Below, in pieces: positions 37,473-48,000 of a DNA stretch of 64,000 nucleotides. The notes under the pieces are model-generated. The model saw nothing but the letters and a program-made list of their open reading frames with translations. It made no database searches and was not told the origin of the DNA. Every line of letters starts with the position of its first letter. The stretch's first letter is position 1. Location of the stretch: assembly GCA_050949565.1 (NCBI GenBank), contig JBMNFY010000004.1:1-64000 (forward strand), in the 5' to 3' direction. The stretch is from Kiritimatiellia bacterium. GTDB taxonomy: Bacteria; Verrucomicrobiota; Kiritimatiellia; RFP12; UBA1067. The translations under genes and the position numbers were made by a program.

Positions 37473-38426
37473 ATCACGGGCGAATCTTGCGAATCGCATC
37501 TGTGCAACACTGATTGCGGTCGGAGCAGTGGGGGTAAGGTACGGGGTTCCCGTTCGGGGTTTACCCTGCTTGAACTGATCATGGCGATCATGATCCTCGC
37601 GATCATGATGATCCTCTCGTTTTTTTGTTTTGATGCCGTGGTGCAGAGCTGGAACGCAGGCATGGAGATGTCGGACGCTATGTCGCAGGCCGATTATGTG
37701 ATGAATCAGGTTGTGTCCGGGTTGCGCTCCGCCTATTTTTCGCAGAGCGTGCAGAAGGACGATGAGCGCGGTTTTCAGTTTTCCGATGGCGGGGAAGGGC
37801 CGGAGGCGCGCGATTCAATTTCATGGATGAAAGAGGGGCGCGCTTTTGTGGGCGGATTGAAGGCGATTGACGGCAAGGCCGAAATCGCCGACATGCCGCA
37901 CCGCGTGATGCTGTATGTCGAGGACGAGGGACGCGAGGGCGGCGGCGGGTTGATGGCGAAGGCGTGGTCCAGCGATTTTCAGCCGGATGATTTTGATGTG
38001 GAAGAGGACGTCAAGGCCTTCTTGGTTTCGCCGCGCGTGATGGGGATGGACTGCAAAGTGCTGAAGAAGCCGCCGGAGGCGAATGCCAAAGAGATCGAGT
38101 GGGAGGACGAGTGGACCTCCTCCAACGCCCTGCCCTACAAGGTGTCGGTCACGCTCTATCTGCGGCCGCTGAAAGAGCGCGACGATCCGATCGCCGTGAC
38201 GCGCGACATCGAACTGCCGGTCTGGGATATCTCGCAGAATCCCGTTCGGAGCGGGGCGGCGTCGAATGAGAAGATCCCAGCGCGTTCGCCGCGCACCCAG
38301 TCTGGAACAGGGGCCGGCAGGGCCCCGCAGCCGGGCACGCCCGGTAGAGGGCCGGGCATGGATGGCATGCCGCAGCGGCAACCGATTGCGCCGGGCGGAC
38401 GTCCGCCGATGGGGGGGCCGCCATGA
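37443..38426 (+). CDS. Minor pseudopilin (GspJ-like)
   Basis: G|FTLLELIMAI at 37557; frame open back to TTG 37128; nearest ATG (37443) lies in the element end. Confidence 0.8.
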   Translation: MIFAHPRHQPITGESCESHLCNTDCGRSSGGKVRGSRSGFTLLELIMAIMILAIMMILSFFCFDAVVQSWNAGMEMSDAMSQADYVMNQVVSGLRSAYFSQSVQKDDERGFQFSDGGEGPEARDSISWMKEGRAFVGGLKAIDGKAEIADMPHRVMLYVEDEGREGGGGLMAKAWSSDFQPDDFDVEEDVKAFLVSPRVMGMDCKVLKKPPEANAKEIEWEDEWTSSNALPYKVSVTLYLRPLKERDDPIAVTRDIELPVWDISQNPVRSGAASNEKIPARSPRTQSGTGAGRAPQPGTPGRGPGMDGMPQRQPIAPGGRPPMGGPP

Positions 38427-39874
38427 CGTTTTTAGGTTTCGGGTTTCGGGTTTCTGGTTTCAGTCGCACCGTTCGCGCGATTCACGCTGGCTTGCCGCAC
38501 ACGTTCATAGCGGAGCGGTTCGCGTACACGTACACGAAATACGGGCGGGGCACCGATTTCGATAGCGATACCGATTTCGATAGCGATTGTTTCGCCTGCC
38601 CGGTGCTAGATTTGGAGTGCGGCGGCAAGCGGTATTCCGCGCGACGCCGCTTTGGCGCGGACGGGCCGGAAAGCGGTGCCGCGACCCGCGCACAGCGCGG
38701 CTCTTGTCACCGCACTCCAAAATGCGTCGGACTCCCTTTTCACCGGAAAGATAAGGAGAGCGGCTCGGCGCTGATTATCGCGCTCTGGACGATCGCGCTA
38801 CTGTCATTGCTGGTTATGTCGTTTGCGCTGGACGCCATGCTGGAGGGCAAGATCAATGTTTACGTTCGGCAGCGGCGTCAGGTGGATTATTTGACACAGT
38901 CGGGCATTTCAATCGCCGAGATGCTGTTGCTGACCTACAAGAATGCGACGCCCGCCTCCACGTCGCCCACGACAGCCACAGGGGCGTCTTCGCAACAGAC
39001 GGCCGCAGGCGGGGATGAGGATGACAAGTGGTTGCAGGCCAAGCTTGACCTGCAGCACGGTTCCGCCAAGGTGAATGCATACGCTATTGAGCCGGACAAA
39101 CCCGAAAATGGCGTGGTGACGGTTGAGATCACCTCGGCTGACGCCAATAAGTGGCCGATCAATCTGCTGGTCAAAGGGGATATCGCCGACCAGATTTGGG
39201 AAAACATTCTGAATGTTATCGGGTTGCCGATGGAGTATCAGGAAGAGGTGGTCGATAGTTGGTATGACTGGCTGGACGCTGACAGCACCATCACCGGACG
39301 GAGCGGCGCCGAAGATGAGTATTACAACGATCTCGACAAGCCGTATAAAGTGCGGAACGGCCCGATCTCCTCGGTCGCCGAGTTGGAAATGATCAGGGGC
39401 ATCCGTGATCGACCCGCTATTTTCAGCGGCGGCGTCTTGAACCCCGAGGAGAAGAATAAGAAGGCGCAGGTCCGTATCCAATTTGGGCTTAAGGCTTTTT
39501 TTGACATCTATGGGGAAACTGTTAAGATCAATGTCAATTCCGCTGAGCTAGAGGTGTTGTTGACAGTGCCGGGCATCGATGGCGACAGTTTGTTGGCGAA
39601 TGCGATCATAGAAGAGCGGAGGACTGGCGCCAACCGGACTACATCAGGAGATGCGTCGGCCGAAAGCCTGTTGTTTAAAGACTGGAACGATCTGAACACG
39701 CGCATTCCCGGCGGTGTCCCGAGCGAGGCGGAGCCTTTTTTGGCTTACGCGCCTCAGAAGTATTTTGAAATCGCGGTGACGGGCGAGGCGGGAGGAATCT
39801 CGCACCAGATCAAGGCAGTGGCGATTGTCGAGGGCGACCGGGTGCGTTATCTGCGCTGGCGTGAAGATCCGTAG
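38423..39874 (+). CDS. gspK: Minor pseudopilin GspK-like with a repeat-derived long leader
   Basis: G|SALIIALW, YDWLDAD, GAEDEYY, RNGPISSVAEL, KINVNSA, YLRWRE. Confidence 0.85.
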   Translation: MTFLGFGFRVSGFSRTVRAIHAGLPHTFIAERFAYTYTKYGRGTDFDSDTDFDSDCFACPVLDLECGGKRYSARRRFGADGPESGAATRAQRGSCHRTPKCVGLPFHRKDKESGSALIIALWTIALLSLLVMSFALDAMLEGKINVYVRQRRQVDYLTQSGISIAEMLLLTYKNATPASTSPTTATGASSQQTAAGGDEDDKWLQAKLDLQHGSAKVNAYAIEPDKPENGVVTVEITSADANKWPINLLVKGDIADQIWENILNVIGLPMEYQEEVVDSWYDWLDADSTITGRSGAEDEYYNDLDKPYKVRNGPISSVAELEMIRGIRDRPAIFSGGVLNPEEKNKKAQVRIQFGLKAFFDIYGETVKINVNSAELEVLLTVPGIDGDSLLANAIIEERRTGANRTTSGDASAESLLFKDWNDLNTRIPGGVPSEAEPFLAYAPQKYFEIAVTGEAGGISHQIKAVAIVEGDRVRYLRWREDP

Positions 39875-39890
39875 GGAAGCGCATGTTGAT

Positions 39891-41312
39891 ATGACGAAGA
39901 GCGATTTGATAGCGTTGTTGGCGGAAGGCGGCGTGCTGCGGGGCGTGAAATTCGCCCCGCGCGGACGTGACGGCTGGACGCGTATCGGCGGAGGGGTCTG
40001 GCCGCTGGAGACGCCCGATGCCGAAGTGGCGGCTGACGAAACCGAGGTCGACGCGACCGCGCCCCTTGTGGTTGCGGACGAGACCGTGGTCGAGAGCGAT
40101 AAGCCGCTGACGCGGGCGTTGGTGGCGGCCCGTTCGGCGTTGGGGGCGCGTGACATCGTGTTGGCGCTGCCGCTTTCTCAGGTGTTGGTGCGTGTCTTCA
40201 AGATGCCGCTGGAGGTTCGTGACGACGTGGCGGATGCCGTGACGTTGCAGATGGACAAGCTCTCCCCCTTCCCCGGTGAGGAGTTGGCGGTCGGCTGCGA
40301 AATCCTGAGTGAAACCGAGTCGCATCTTTGGGTGTTTGCCGCTGCTCTGCCGGCTGCGGTTTTCGAAGAGTTGGGCGCGGCGTTGGACGAGGCACGCTTG
40401 CAGGCGGTGCGCACGGACGTCGCCGTGCTGGGCTGGCTGCGATCACTGAGCGGTCCCTGCCAACTGATGCGCCCCGGTCGGCGCGTGGTGTTGATGGATC
40501 CGGACGGTTCGTGGGATTTGGCGGTGCTGGATCACGGTGTGCCGGTTTTGGCGCGCGGTCTGGGCGGGGCTGCATCCGTTGAAGATGTGATCCGGGAGTT
40601 GACCCTCTCCCTGTTGAATGCCGAAATGGAGGCCGGTGGCGGCACGGTGGCTGAGGTGTTGGTGGTCTCGCAGCAAGCGCCGGACCGGACGCTCGTCGAA
40701 AAGCTGCGTGACTTGACCGGTGCCGAAGTCCGGCATGTGGTGCCGCCGACGCCGGACGGCGGGGTCGAGGGCGTGGCGCTGCGTGCCGGCGAGGGCGCTG
40801 CGTTGGACCTCACGCCGCAAGTGTGGCGCGACCAGATCAAGGCGTTGCGCGTCCGCAAGCGGGTCATGACCGGCGTGGGGATTGCGCTGGCGATATGGGC
40901 GGGGCTGATGGGCACGCTCTTCGCCGGGCCGGCGGTTTACAAGCAGCTCACCGCGCAGGTCCGCAAGCACTCGCGCGCGCACGCCAAGGCCTATAGGCAG
41001 GTCTCCGACACGCGCGAGCGCGTCAACCTGATCGAGTCCTACACCGACCGCTCCCGTTCGTCGCTGGAGATGCTGCGCTTGGTCTCCTCGGTCTTGCCAC
41101 AAGGGGTCACGCTGATCGGATTCACGTATCGGCGCGACGAAGGCGTGAAGGTTTCGGGCGAGGCCGATCAGCCGACGGTGGTTTACGATTTCAAGAATGC
41201 GGTGACCGAAAACCCGCTGTTCGAATCGGTCGGGTTGGTCGGCCCTTCGATCAGCAGGGGCAAGCATAAGTTTGACGTCGACGCAACGTTCAAGGGGAGG
41301 CCTGAGAAATGA
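39891..41312 (+). CDS. GspL-like (PilM/PilN-type) assembly protein
   Basis: Cytoplasmic actin-like region (LQMDKLSPF), single TM, periplasmic ferredoxin-like end (LPQGVTL, VKVSGEA). Confidence 0.8.
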   Translation: MTKSDLIALLAEGGVLRGVKFAPRGRDGWTRIGGGVWPLETPDAEVAADETEVDATAPLVVADETVVESDKPLTRALVAARSALGARDIVLALPLSQVLVRVFKMPLEVRDDVADAVTLQMDKLSPFPGEELAVGCEILSETESHLWVFAAALPAAVFEELGAALDEARLQAVRTDVAVLGWLRSLSGPCQLMRPGRRVVLMDPDGSWDLAVLDHGVPVLARGLGGAASVEDVIRELTLSLLNAEMEAGGGTVAEVLVVSQQAPDRTLVEKLRDLTGAEVRHVVPPTPDGGVEGVALRAGEGAALDLTPQVWRDQIKALRVRKRVMTGVGIALAIWAGLMGTLFAGPAVYKQLTAQVRKHSRAHAKAYRQVSDTRERVNLIESYTDRSRSSLEMLRLVSSVLPQGVTLIGFTYRRDEGVKVSGEADQPTVVYDFKNAVTENPLFESVGLVGPSISRGKHKFDVDATFKGRPEK

Positions 41313-42088
41313 GTACGGTGACCTCCCGCGAGAAGAACATGTTGCTGATAGCCGTGGTGGTGCTGCTGTATGCGGCCGCAGCCCTGAGCTACAAAAAGCA
41401 GATGACGAACTGGAAGGCGGCGGAACGTATCTACCGGTCTGCACAGAAAAAAGTGCAGGAGGAGCGCGCATTGATTGCAGCCCGCGACGAGTGGAGTGCC
41501 CGTTATGCACAGATGCGCGACCTGATGCCGGTGTTCCCGTATGAGCAGGATGTCGATACCTACTGGCTGAATGTCATGGATGCGGCGGCGTCGCGCAACG
41601 GGCTCATGATCGCGCGGCGTCAGGCCAACAAAGAGATTGAGGTCGGCGATGTCTACGAACTGCCGATTGAGTGCAAGGATTGGGAGGGCACGCTTGAGGC
41701 GTTGGTCAAGTTCCTCTATGATTTGCACAAAGAAGGAGCCATGCTGGATGTGCGGCAGCTCTTTATCCGTCCGGCTAACCGGCCGGGCTATCTGAAGGGG
41801 ACCTTCACCCTGTACTGCGCTTACATGCGGGGTGACGATGCCCGTCCGCCCGCCGGAAAGCAAGCCGCTCCGGCTGCGGCGGTGGACGCGGACGCGCCGT
41901 CGTCAGAGGGCGACGCCGGCACGCCAGTCCAAGCGCCGTCTGAGGCGCAGCCGCAGGCAGCCCCCGAGGCGGTGCCCGAGCCTCCTGAGCCTGCGCCGCT
42001 GCCTGAGACCGCGAACACGACGAACACTCCGGCGGCCGCACCGGCCGCCGGGCCAGTGCCTGACGAGCCCGAAGGGAATGTGCCGTAA
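41309..42088 (+). CDS. GspM/PilO-like protein with a Pro/Ala-rich tail
   Basis: TSREKNML N-terminus plus TM; WEGTLEALVKFLYDL. Confidence 0.8.
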   Translation: MSTVTSREKNMLLIAVVVLLYAAAALSYKKQMTNWKAAERIYRSAQKKVQEERALIAARDEWSARYAQMRDLMPVFPYEQDVDTYWLNVMDAAASRNGLMIARRQANKEIEVGDVYELPIECKDWEGTLEALVKFLYDLHKEGAMLDVRQLFIRPANRPGYLKGTFTLYCAYMRGDDARPPAGKQAAPAAAVDADAPSSEGDAGTPVQAPSEAQPQAAPEAVPEPPEPAPLPETANTTNTPAAAPAAGPVPDEPEGNVP

Positions 42089-42118
42089 GCAGACACCACG
42101 TTTTGTGAGGAAACACGT

Positions 42119-45073
42119 ATGAACAACATTTGCAATCATCTGATGAATCTGGGCGCGGTCAGCGTGCTCGTCCTGGGTGTTGCTCTGGCGCAAGACCAGA
42201 CGCCGCAGCCGGCCGCCGTTCCGGTCCCGGCGCAAAATCGCCCGACGCCCGTGACGCGCCGCCCGTTGAATCCCGTGCGTCGGCCGACGGCACCGGGTGC
42301 CGCTGCCACGCCGCCTGCCGCGCCGGCATCGTCGGAGCCGCTTGAGCCCACGCTGGATAAGAGCATGTTGAAAAACAAGAGCACCATGCCGGGGTTGAAG
42401 TATAAAAAGAACCCGATCGAGATCGTGCTGATGGACTACGCGCTGGTGACCGGCAAGACCCTGCTGACATCGCCGGGCGTGCAGCCGCTGCTCAAAAACG
42501 AGATCACGCTTGAGAGCCAGGAGGGAGTGCCGCTGACCCGTGAGGAGTATCTGGACGCGATTGAGTCCGTACTCAGCATGAACGGAATCGTGCTTGAGCC
42601 GTTCGGCGAGAAGTTTCTAAAGGTTCTGCCGCTCAAAACCGTGCGTACCGATGGCATCCGCATCCAGATGGATACGCCAGACGGCGGATATCCTGAAAAG
42701 AGTCAGGTGGTCAGTCAGATGATCCAGCTTAAGGCCATCGCGGTCAGCGAGGCGCAGAAGGCGATCGAAGGCTTCAAACGGCCCGACGGGCTGATCCAGA
42801 CGTTTGAGCGTACCAACAGCCTGCTGGTCACCGACACGCAGGAGAATGTCAACCGTATGCTGGAGATCATCAAGTTCATCGACCAGCCGCTGGTGGCGAC
42901 CGAAGAGGTCCATGTGCGCGTGATCCGTTTTGCCAAGGCTGATGAGATCAAGAAGCGCCTTGAAGAGATTGTCGCAGAGTCGCAAAAGCAGAGTCAGGCC
43001 AAGGAAGAGATCAAGGCCAACACCTCCGGGTCGCCCGGATTTACCAGGACCGCCGGGGCGACCTCGCCGCTGACCGGTCGGCCGCTGCCGCCCGGTCTCT
43101 CGCGCCTGACCGCAGCCGCGCAACAACAGCAGGCGGCTTCCTCGCCCAACGAGATTCTCGAGACCTTGGTAAGCGATGCCGACCGGGGCATGATTCGCGG
43201 CAAGGTACAGATCATCTCGGACGAACGTTCCAATCAGCTCATCATCATCACCCGCAAAGAGAACATGAACTTCTTCGAGCGCATCATCAATGTGCTGGAT
43301 GTCGAAACCGCGCCGGATGTCAAGGTCGAGGTCCAGCGCCTTGAATTCGCCGATGCCGAAGAGGTCTCCACCATGCTGAACGACCTGATTGGCAACGCCT
43401 CGTCTAAGAAGGACGACGCTGCACCGACCGCAGCCGCCAAGAGCGACGCGCCTTCGCGCAGCACAACGCTCGCAGAGGCCGCCGCAGCCCGGACGCGACG
43501 CTCGTCGTCCGCCGCTTCCGGCGCGGGAGACTCTGGAGCCGCCAAGCTCGGCCAGCTCAGTAAAGACAACATCAAAATCTTGGCCGACAAGCGCACCAAC
43601 GCCATTGTCATGATGGGTAGTCCCAGCGACCTGGCTGCGATCAAAGAGATCATCAAAAACATGGACATCCAGCTCTCGCAGGTGCTGATCGAGACCGTGG
43701 TGCTGGAGGTCGAGTTGGGTGACGATCTGAAGACAGGTATGGATTGGGTGATGCGGGGCAAACACACGACGCATGAGCCGATTTACGGCGATCCTGATGA
43801 TCCGACTAAAATCACGGGGTATGCACGCAGAGTCAATCGCAACACGATCTTCAACAACGGCGACCAGATGGGTGGCGGCGGCGGGAGCGGCTCGTCGCTA
43901 CTGGGGGGATTGTTGGGGCTGGGAGCGACAGTGGCAACAAACGCGGCGGATACGGCATCTGGGGTTCTCGGGGCGCGGACGGGGATCAGCTATTTCCTGA
44001 AATCCGACAAGTTGAACATTGCAGCGCTGATCGAAGCGTCAAAATCTGACTCGCGCACCAAAGTGCTTTCCTCGCCAGTATTGATGACCGTGGACAACAA
44101 AGAAGCCACGCTGAAGGCGACCTCCATGCGCTATCTCTACAAAGGCGTACGCTACTCGGGGAGTACGCAATATGGCACCGAAGTGCCGGACTTCGAGCAG
44201 CGCGATATTGGCTTGACCGTTAACATCACGCCGCGGATCAATCCGAGCGGGGCCGTGACACTTACGATTGAGAAAACCTTTGAAACCGTGGGTGCCAATC
44301 AGCAGGTTGGTGAAGAATCCTACCCAACGGTCAACACACGCGAGGTCAAGGCAGATGTCTCGGTTGAGAATATGCAGACTGTGGTGCTGGGTGGTCTGGT
44401 GCAGAATGAGATTAAAACAGAGGAAGTAGGAATCCCCATTCTTAAAGATATCCCTTGGATCGGCAAATACCTTTTTGGGCAAACCTCACATGTTGAAAAC
44501 CGTTCCGAGCTTCTGATTTTTCTGACCCCGTATGTGTTGGACACGCCGAAAGAACTGGAGGCCGAGGCCGCACGGCGGAAAGTTGCTCTTTCGGATGATC
44601 AGCCCTGGATGGATTACGGTTGGTCAAAAAGCAAATTGGCCGATCCTATGCCATTGGCGGAGAGAATACGGCGTACCAAACAAGGCTGGGCCACGGAGGA
44701 TACCAATTACGAGGCCGAGAAAGAATACGAAAAACTGCTGAAGGCACGCAAAGAACAAATAGACAAACGGACAAAGAAGGATGCCGAAAAGGCAATGCGT
44801 CGGGCAGAGGAGGAGAATGACGACGCGACCGAGGCCAAATTGCGGGCAGTGCTGAGCGAGATGCAGGCCAAAAAACGGGCACGCATGGCAGAAGAAGATC
44901 AACGGCCCGTGGGCGAGTCTCCCTCGACTATTACGGTGACGGATTCGACAGAGGTGCTCATGCCCAAGGACATGCCGCTTGAGCAATTGCTTGCTCCTGA
45001 TGCGGCACCGGTATCCCCCAATCAGCAGGACGAAGCGGACGAGCCGAAAAAAGCGTGGTGGAAGCTCTGGTGA
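42119..45073 (+). CDS. gspD: Type II secretion secretin GspD
   Basis: Signal peptide; N-domain repeats ERTNS, DERSNQ, DKRTNA; QVLIETVVLEV, VLSSPVLMTVDN, IPILKDIPWIG, ELLIFLTPYV. Confidence 0.95.
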   Translation: MNNICNHLMNLGAVSVLVLGVALAQDQTPQPAAVPVPAQNRPTPVTRRPLNPVRRPTAPGAAATPPAAPASSEPLEPTLDKSMLKNKSTMPGLKYKKNPIEIVLMDYALVTGKTLLTSPGVQPLLKNEITLESQEGVPLTREEYLDAIESVLSMNGIVLEPFGEKFLKVLPLKTVRTDGIRIQMDTPDGGYPEKSQVVSQMIQLKAIAVSEAQKAIEGFKRPDGLIQTFERTNSLLVTDTQENVNRMLEIIKFIDQPLVATEEVHVRVIRFAKADEIKKRLEEIVAESQKQSQAKEEIKANTSGSPGFTRTAGATSPLTGRPLPPGLSRLTAAAQQQQAASSPNEILETLVSDADRGMIRGKVQIISDERSNQLIIITRKENMNFFERIINVLDVETAPDVKVEVQRLEFADAEEVSTMLNDLIGNASSKKDDAAPTAAAKSDAPSRSTTLAEAAAARTRRSSSAASGAGDSGAAKLGQLSKDNIKILADKRTNAIVMMGSPSDLAAIKEIIKNMDIQLSQVLIETVVLEVELGDDLKTGMDWVMRGKHTTHEPIYGDPDDPTKITGYARRVNRNTIFNNGDQMGGGGGSGSSLLGGLLGLGATVATNAADTASGVLGARTGISYFLKSDKLNIAALIEASKSDSRTKVLSSPVLMTVDNKEATLKATSMRYLYKGVRYSGSTQYGTEVPDFEQRDIGLTVNITPRINPSGAVTLTIEKTFETVGANQQVGEESYPTVNTREVKADVSVENMQTVVLGGLVQNEIKTEEVGIPILKDIPWIGKYLFGQTSHVENRSELLIFLTPYVLDTPKELEAEAARRKVALSDDQPWMDYGWSKSKLADPMPLAERIRRTKQGWATEDTNYEAEKEYEKLLKARKEQIDKRTKKDAEKAMRRAEEENDDATEAKLRAVLSEMQAKKRARMAEEDQRPVGESPSTITVTDSTEVLMPKDMPLEQLLAPDAAPVSPNQQDEADEPKKAWWKLW

Positions 45074-48000
45074 TGGCTGGGTGGTGCTGGGCAGTGCTGG
45101 GTGCGGCCGGCAAGCATGTCTTGGTCGCTATTGTGGACTCGGCGAACTGCTATGCGAGCCGCCATGTCTTGCTTGCTATTGTGGACTCGGCGAACTGTTA
45201 TGCGAGCCGTGCGTTCAAGCGCAATGTCATCGATAACGAAGGCTGGGCGGACTGGCGCGAGGGGAATGCGGAAAGCCTGCTGCTGGTCTGGTGGGACCGT
45301 GCCGAGATCCCTGAGCGGACTTGGTCAGAGACGGCGTTTCTTTTTTCATCGGGCGGGGAGTCAGCTTCGCTCTCCACGCCGCTCGTGGCGGTCTTCTCGC
45401 CCGATGGTATGCTCGCAGTACCGGTGATCGATAATGCGGAAGGCGTACTGCTGGATTTTGACGCATTCACGGAGGCTGTCGATGAGCGTCTTGAGGCGTG
45501 GGCGGATGTGCCGTCCGGTGCGCTGGTCTGGCCGCCCGTGACGCAGGCTTCTGGTCAGCGCGCGCGCTGGTCGCTGGATTACTACGGATCGCGCGAAAAA
45601 GGATTTGCCAAGCAGTGGCCGGTGTTGGTAGCGATTGTCGATTCGGGCGTAGCATCGGCGACAACCGAGGCGTGGGTGCGCGGTGTGTTGATGTCCGAGG
45701 AGTGGCAGGATTGGCTGGACTCCACGAACATCCTGCTGGTCTGGTGGGATCGCGCTAAGATTTCACGGGCGCAGTGGGACAAAGTGGCCTTCCTGTTTGC
45801 GTCTGGCGAGGGCGGCATCGTGTTGCCGCAGATGGTGCTTTTTGATACGAACGGGTTGAAGGTCGATCAGTTTCTCGCAGTCAACAACGGGGATAACAAT
45901 CTGTCGAGTGCCGGTGACTTCATTGATCGGCTGGATGAGGCGATGGAGTGGGACGGCCTCCAGATCGGGCCCGGATGGGTCGGGTTCACGGATCCGGCGC
46001 AGACCGTGTCGGCGACCACCAACGCTGTGACGGTGACGGTGAAACGTTGGGGTGGCGCGAGTGAGGGGGCGCAGACCTTCCGTGTGTTCACGGTGTCGGG
46101 GAGCGAGACGAACGCGGCGGTTGCGGGGATTCACTATAAATCCGTAAACGCTTCGGTGAGTTGGGCCGCTGGGGAGAGCGGCGAGAAAACGGTTATCGTA
46201 CCGCTATTGGACGGCGCCGATGTCATCGTGACCCAGCGCGTGTTTCATGTGAGATTGGAGAAAGGGGCGGGCACTACGGCGAAACTGGGCACGACCAATC
46301 ATACGGTTACGGTCGATTATGCGCCGGGCGTGATCGGCTTCACGACGAACGCATTGACCGTGTATGCCGGAAGCGATTACGCTGAAGTAACGGTGCGGCG
46401 ATCTGGCGGGGTGCTGGGCAAGCAGACAGTCACGCTGAAGACGCATGCCGGAACCGCCGCCGCTTATTTCAAAACGGTGACCACCAATCTCGTCTGGGCG
46501 TCGGGTGAGTTAGGCGATAAGCAGGTGCGGATTCCACTGCAAGGGGATGCGCTGGATTTTGGGGCGCCGCTGACGGGGCAGGTTTTCTACGCGGTGTTGT
46601 CGCCGGCGGCGACCAATATGACAGCCCGGCTCAGTATCACTAATCAGGTGATTACGCTTCAAGGCTCTGCTTCATCTGCAGGCGACTGGAAGTATGATAG
46701 TAGCAACGGCGTGTGGCGCGTAGCCTCAAACACGAGCCAAGCCTCTGCATTGACGTGGGGTGCCCGGGAAGGAGGCTGGCTTACCTTCGCGTGGCACAAG
46801 ATTACTTCTGGCGGCACGCTTGCGGCAGCGTTGCCCGGTGTGGTCACCAACACGGCGGTGACGGATGTGACCAACCGCGTGGCACTGGCGCAGGGAACCA
46901 ACGTTGTGTGGATGCTCACCAACTGCACAGCGACGGTCAAGCTACTACGCTGGGAATCGGCGCAGGTGCAGCTGAGAGCGCCCGCAGACGGTTTCAGCGC
47001 GACAAACAAGATTGTGACGCTTTCTTGGGAGGTGCCGTCCGATAGTGTTGTGACCTCGTATCTGTACTACGCGCAATCACCGGATCCGATGCCGATGCAG
47101 CAACATGTCGGCGTCGCCGTGACCAATCAAGTGTCGTATACCAATGCCACGCCGGGTGCCGTTGAGTTCAAATGGCATGTGGAGATGGATATCCACGGGG
47201 ACTTGCAGACAACCGCACGAGTAGTGGGGCCGACGTGGTCGATCAACTTCCTGAAGCGAAAAGAGGTGTCGGTGGCGACACCCCCACCGGTTGCTGCCAG
47301 TGCTTCGCCGAATATCGTGCTGTATCAATACGTGCCGGCGCGCATCCCGATGGCGGAGCGTCTGAAGGCCGTGCACGGCGCGGCACGCCGCTATACGGCA
47401 AAGGGACTGCCGCGCGGATTGAAAATTGATGCGTCCACCGGCATCATTGCCGGAACGCCGAAGCGTGCGGGCACATTCCGCGCGACGGTCAAAACGACAG
47501 CAGCCGGGGCGGCATCCGCTGTTGAATTGGAGATCGAGGTTCTGCCCTGTCCGGCGTTTGCGCTGGGCGAGTTTCAGGGCGTGGTGCTGGACGAAGCGAG
47601 CCGGGTGCGCGGTGCGCTCGTGCTCAAGGTGTCGAAGAGCGGTGCGCTGTCGGGCAAGCTCGAAAGCGGCGGTCGGCGCCAGTCGCTGCGCGGTGCATGG
47701 GTTGAGGGAGACGAACAGGCGTGGACGGTCAGGCTGTCCGCCGGTCGTGCCGAGGCGATGGCCTTGGCTCTTACCTCCGAGGGTGCTGAGGGCGTGACGG
47801 TCGAGGGCTGGCGGGTACTGGCGCGGCAGGTCGCGTCCCCGCAGGCGGCCCAGCAGGTCGCGGGGGCCTACACGGCGGTGCTGCACGCCGAGGCGGCGGA
47901 CGCCTCCTGCGCACCGGCTGGCTATGGTTTCATGACATACACAGTGGCCTCACGGACAGGCTCGGTGAAGTACGGTGGGGTTTTGGCCGATGGGACGCGC

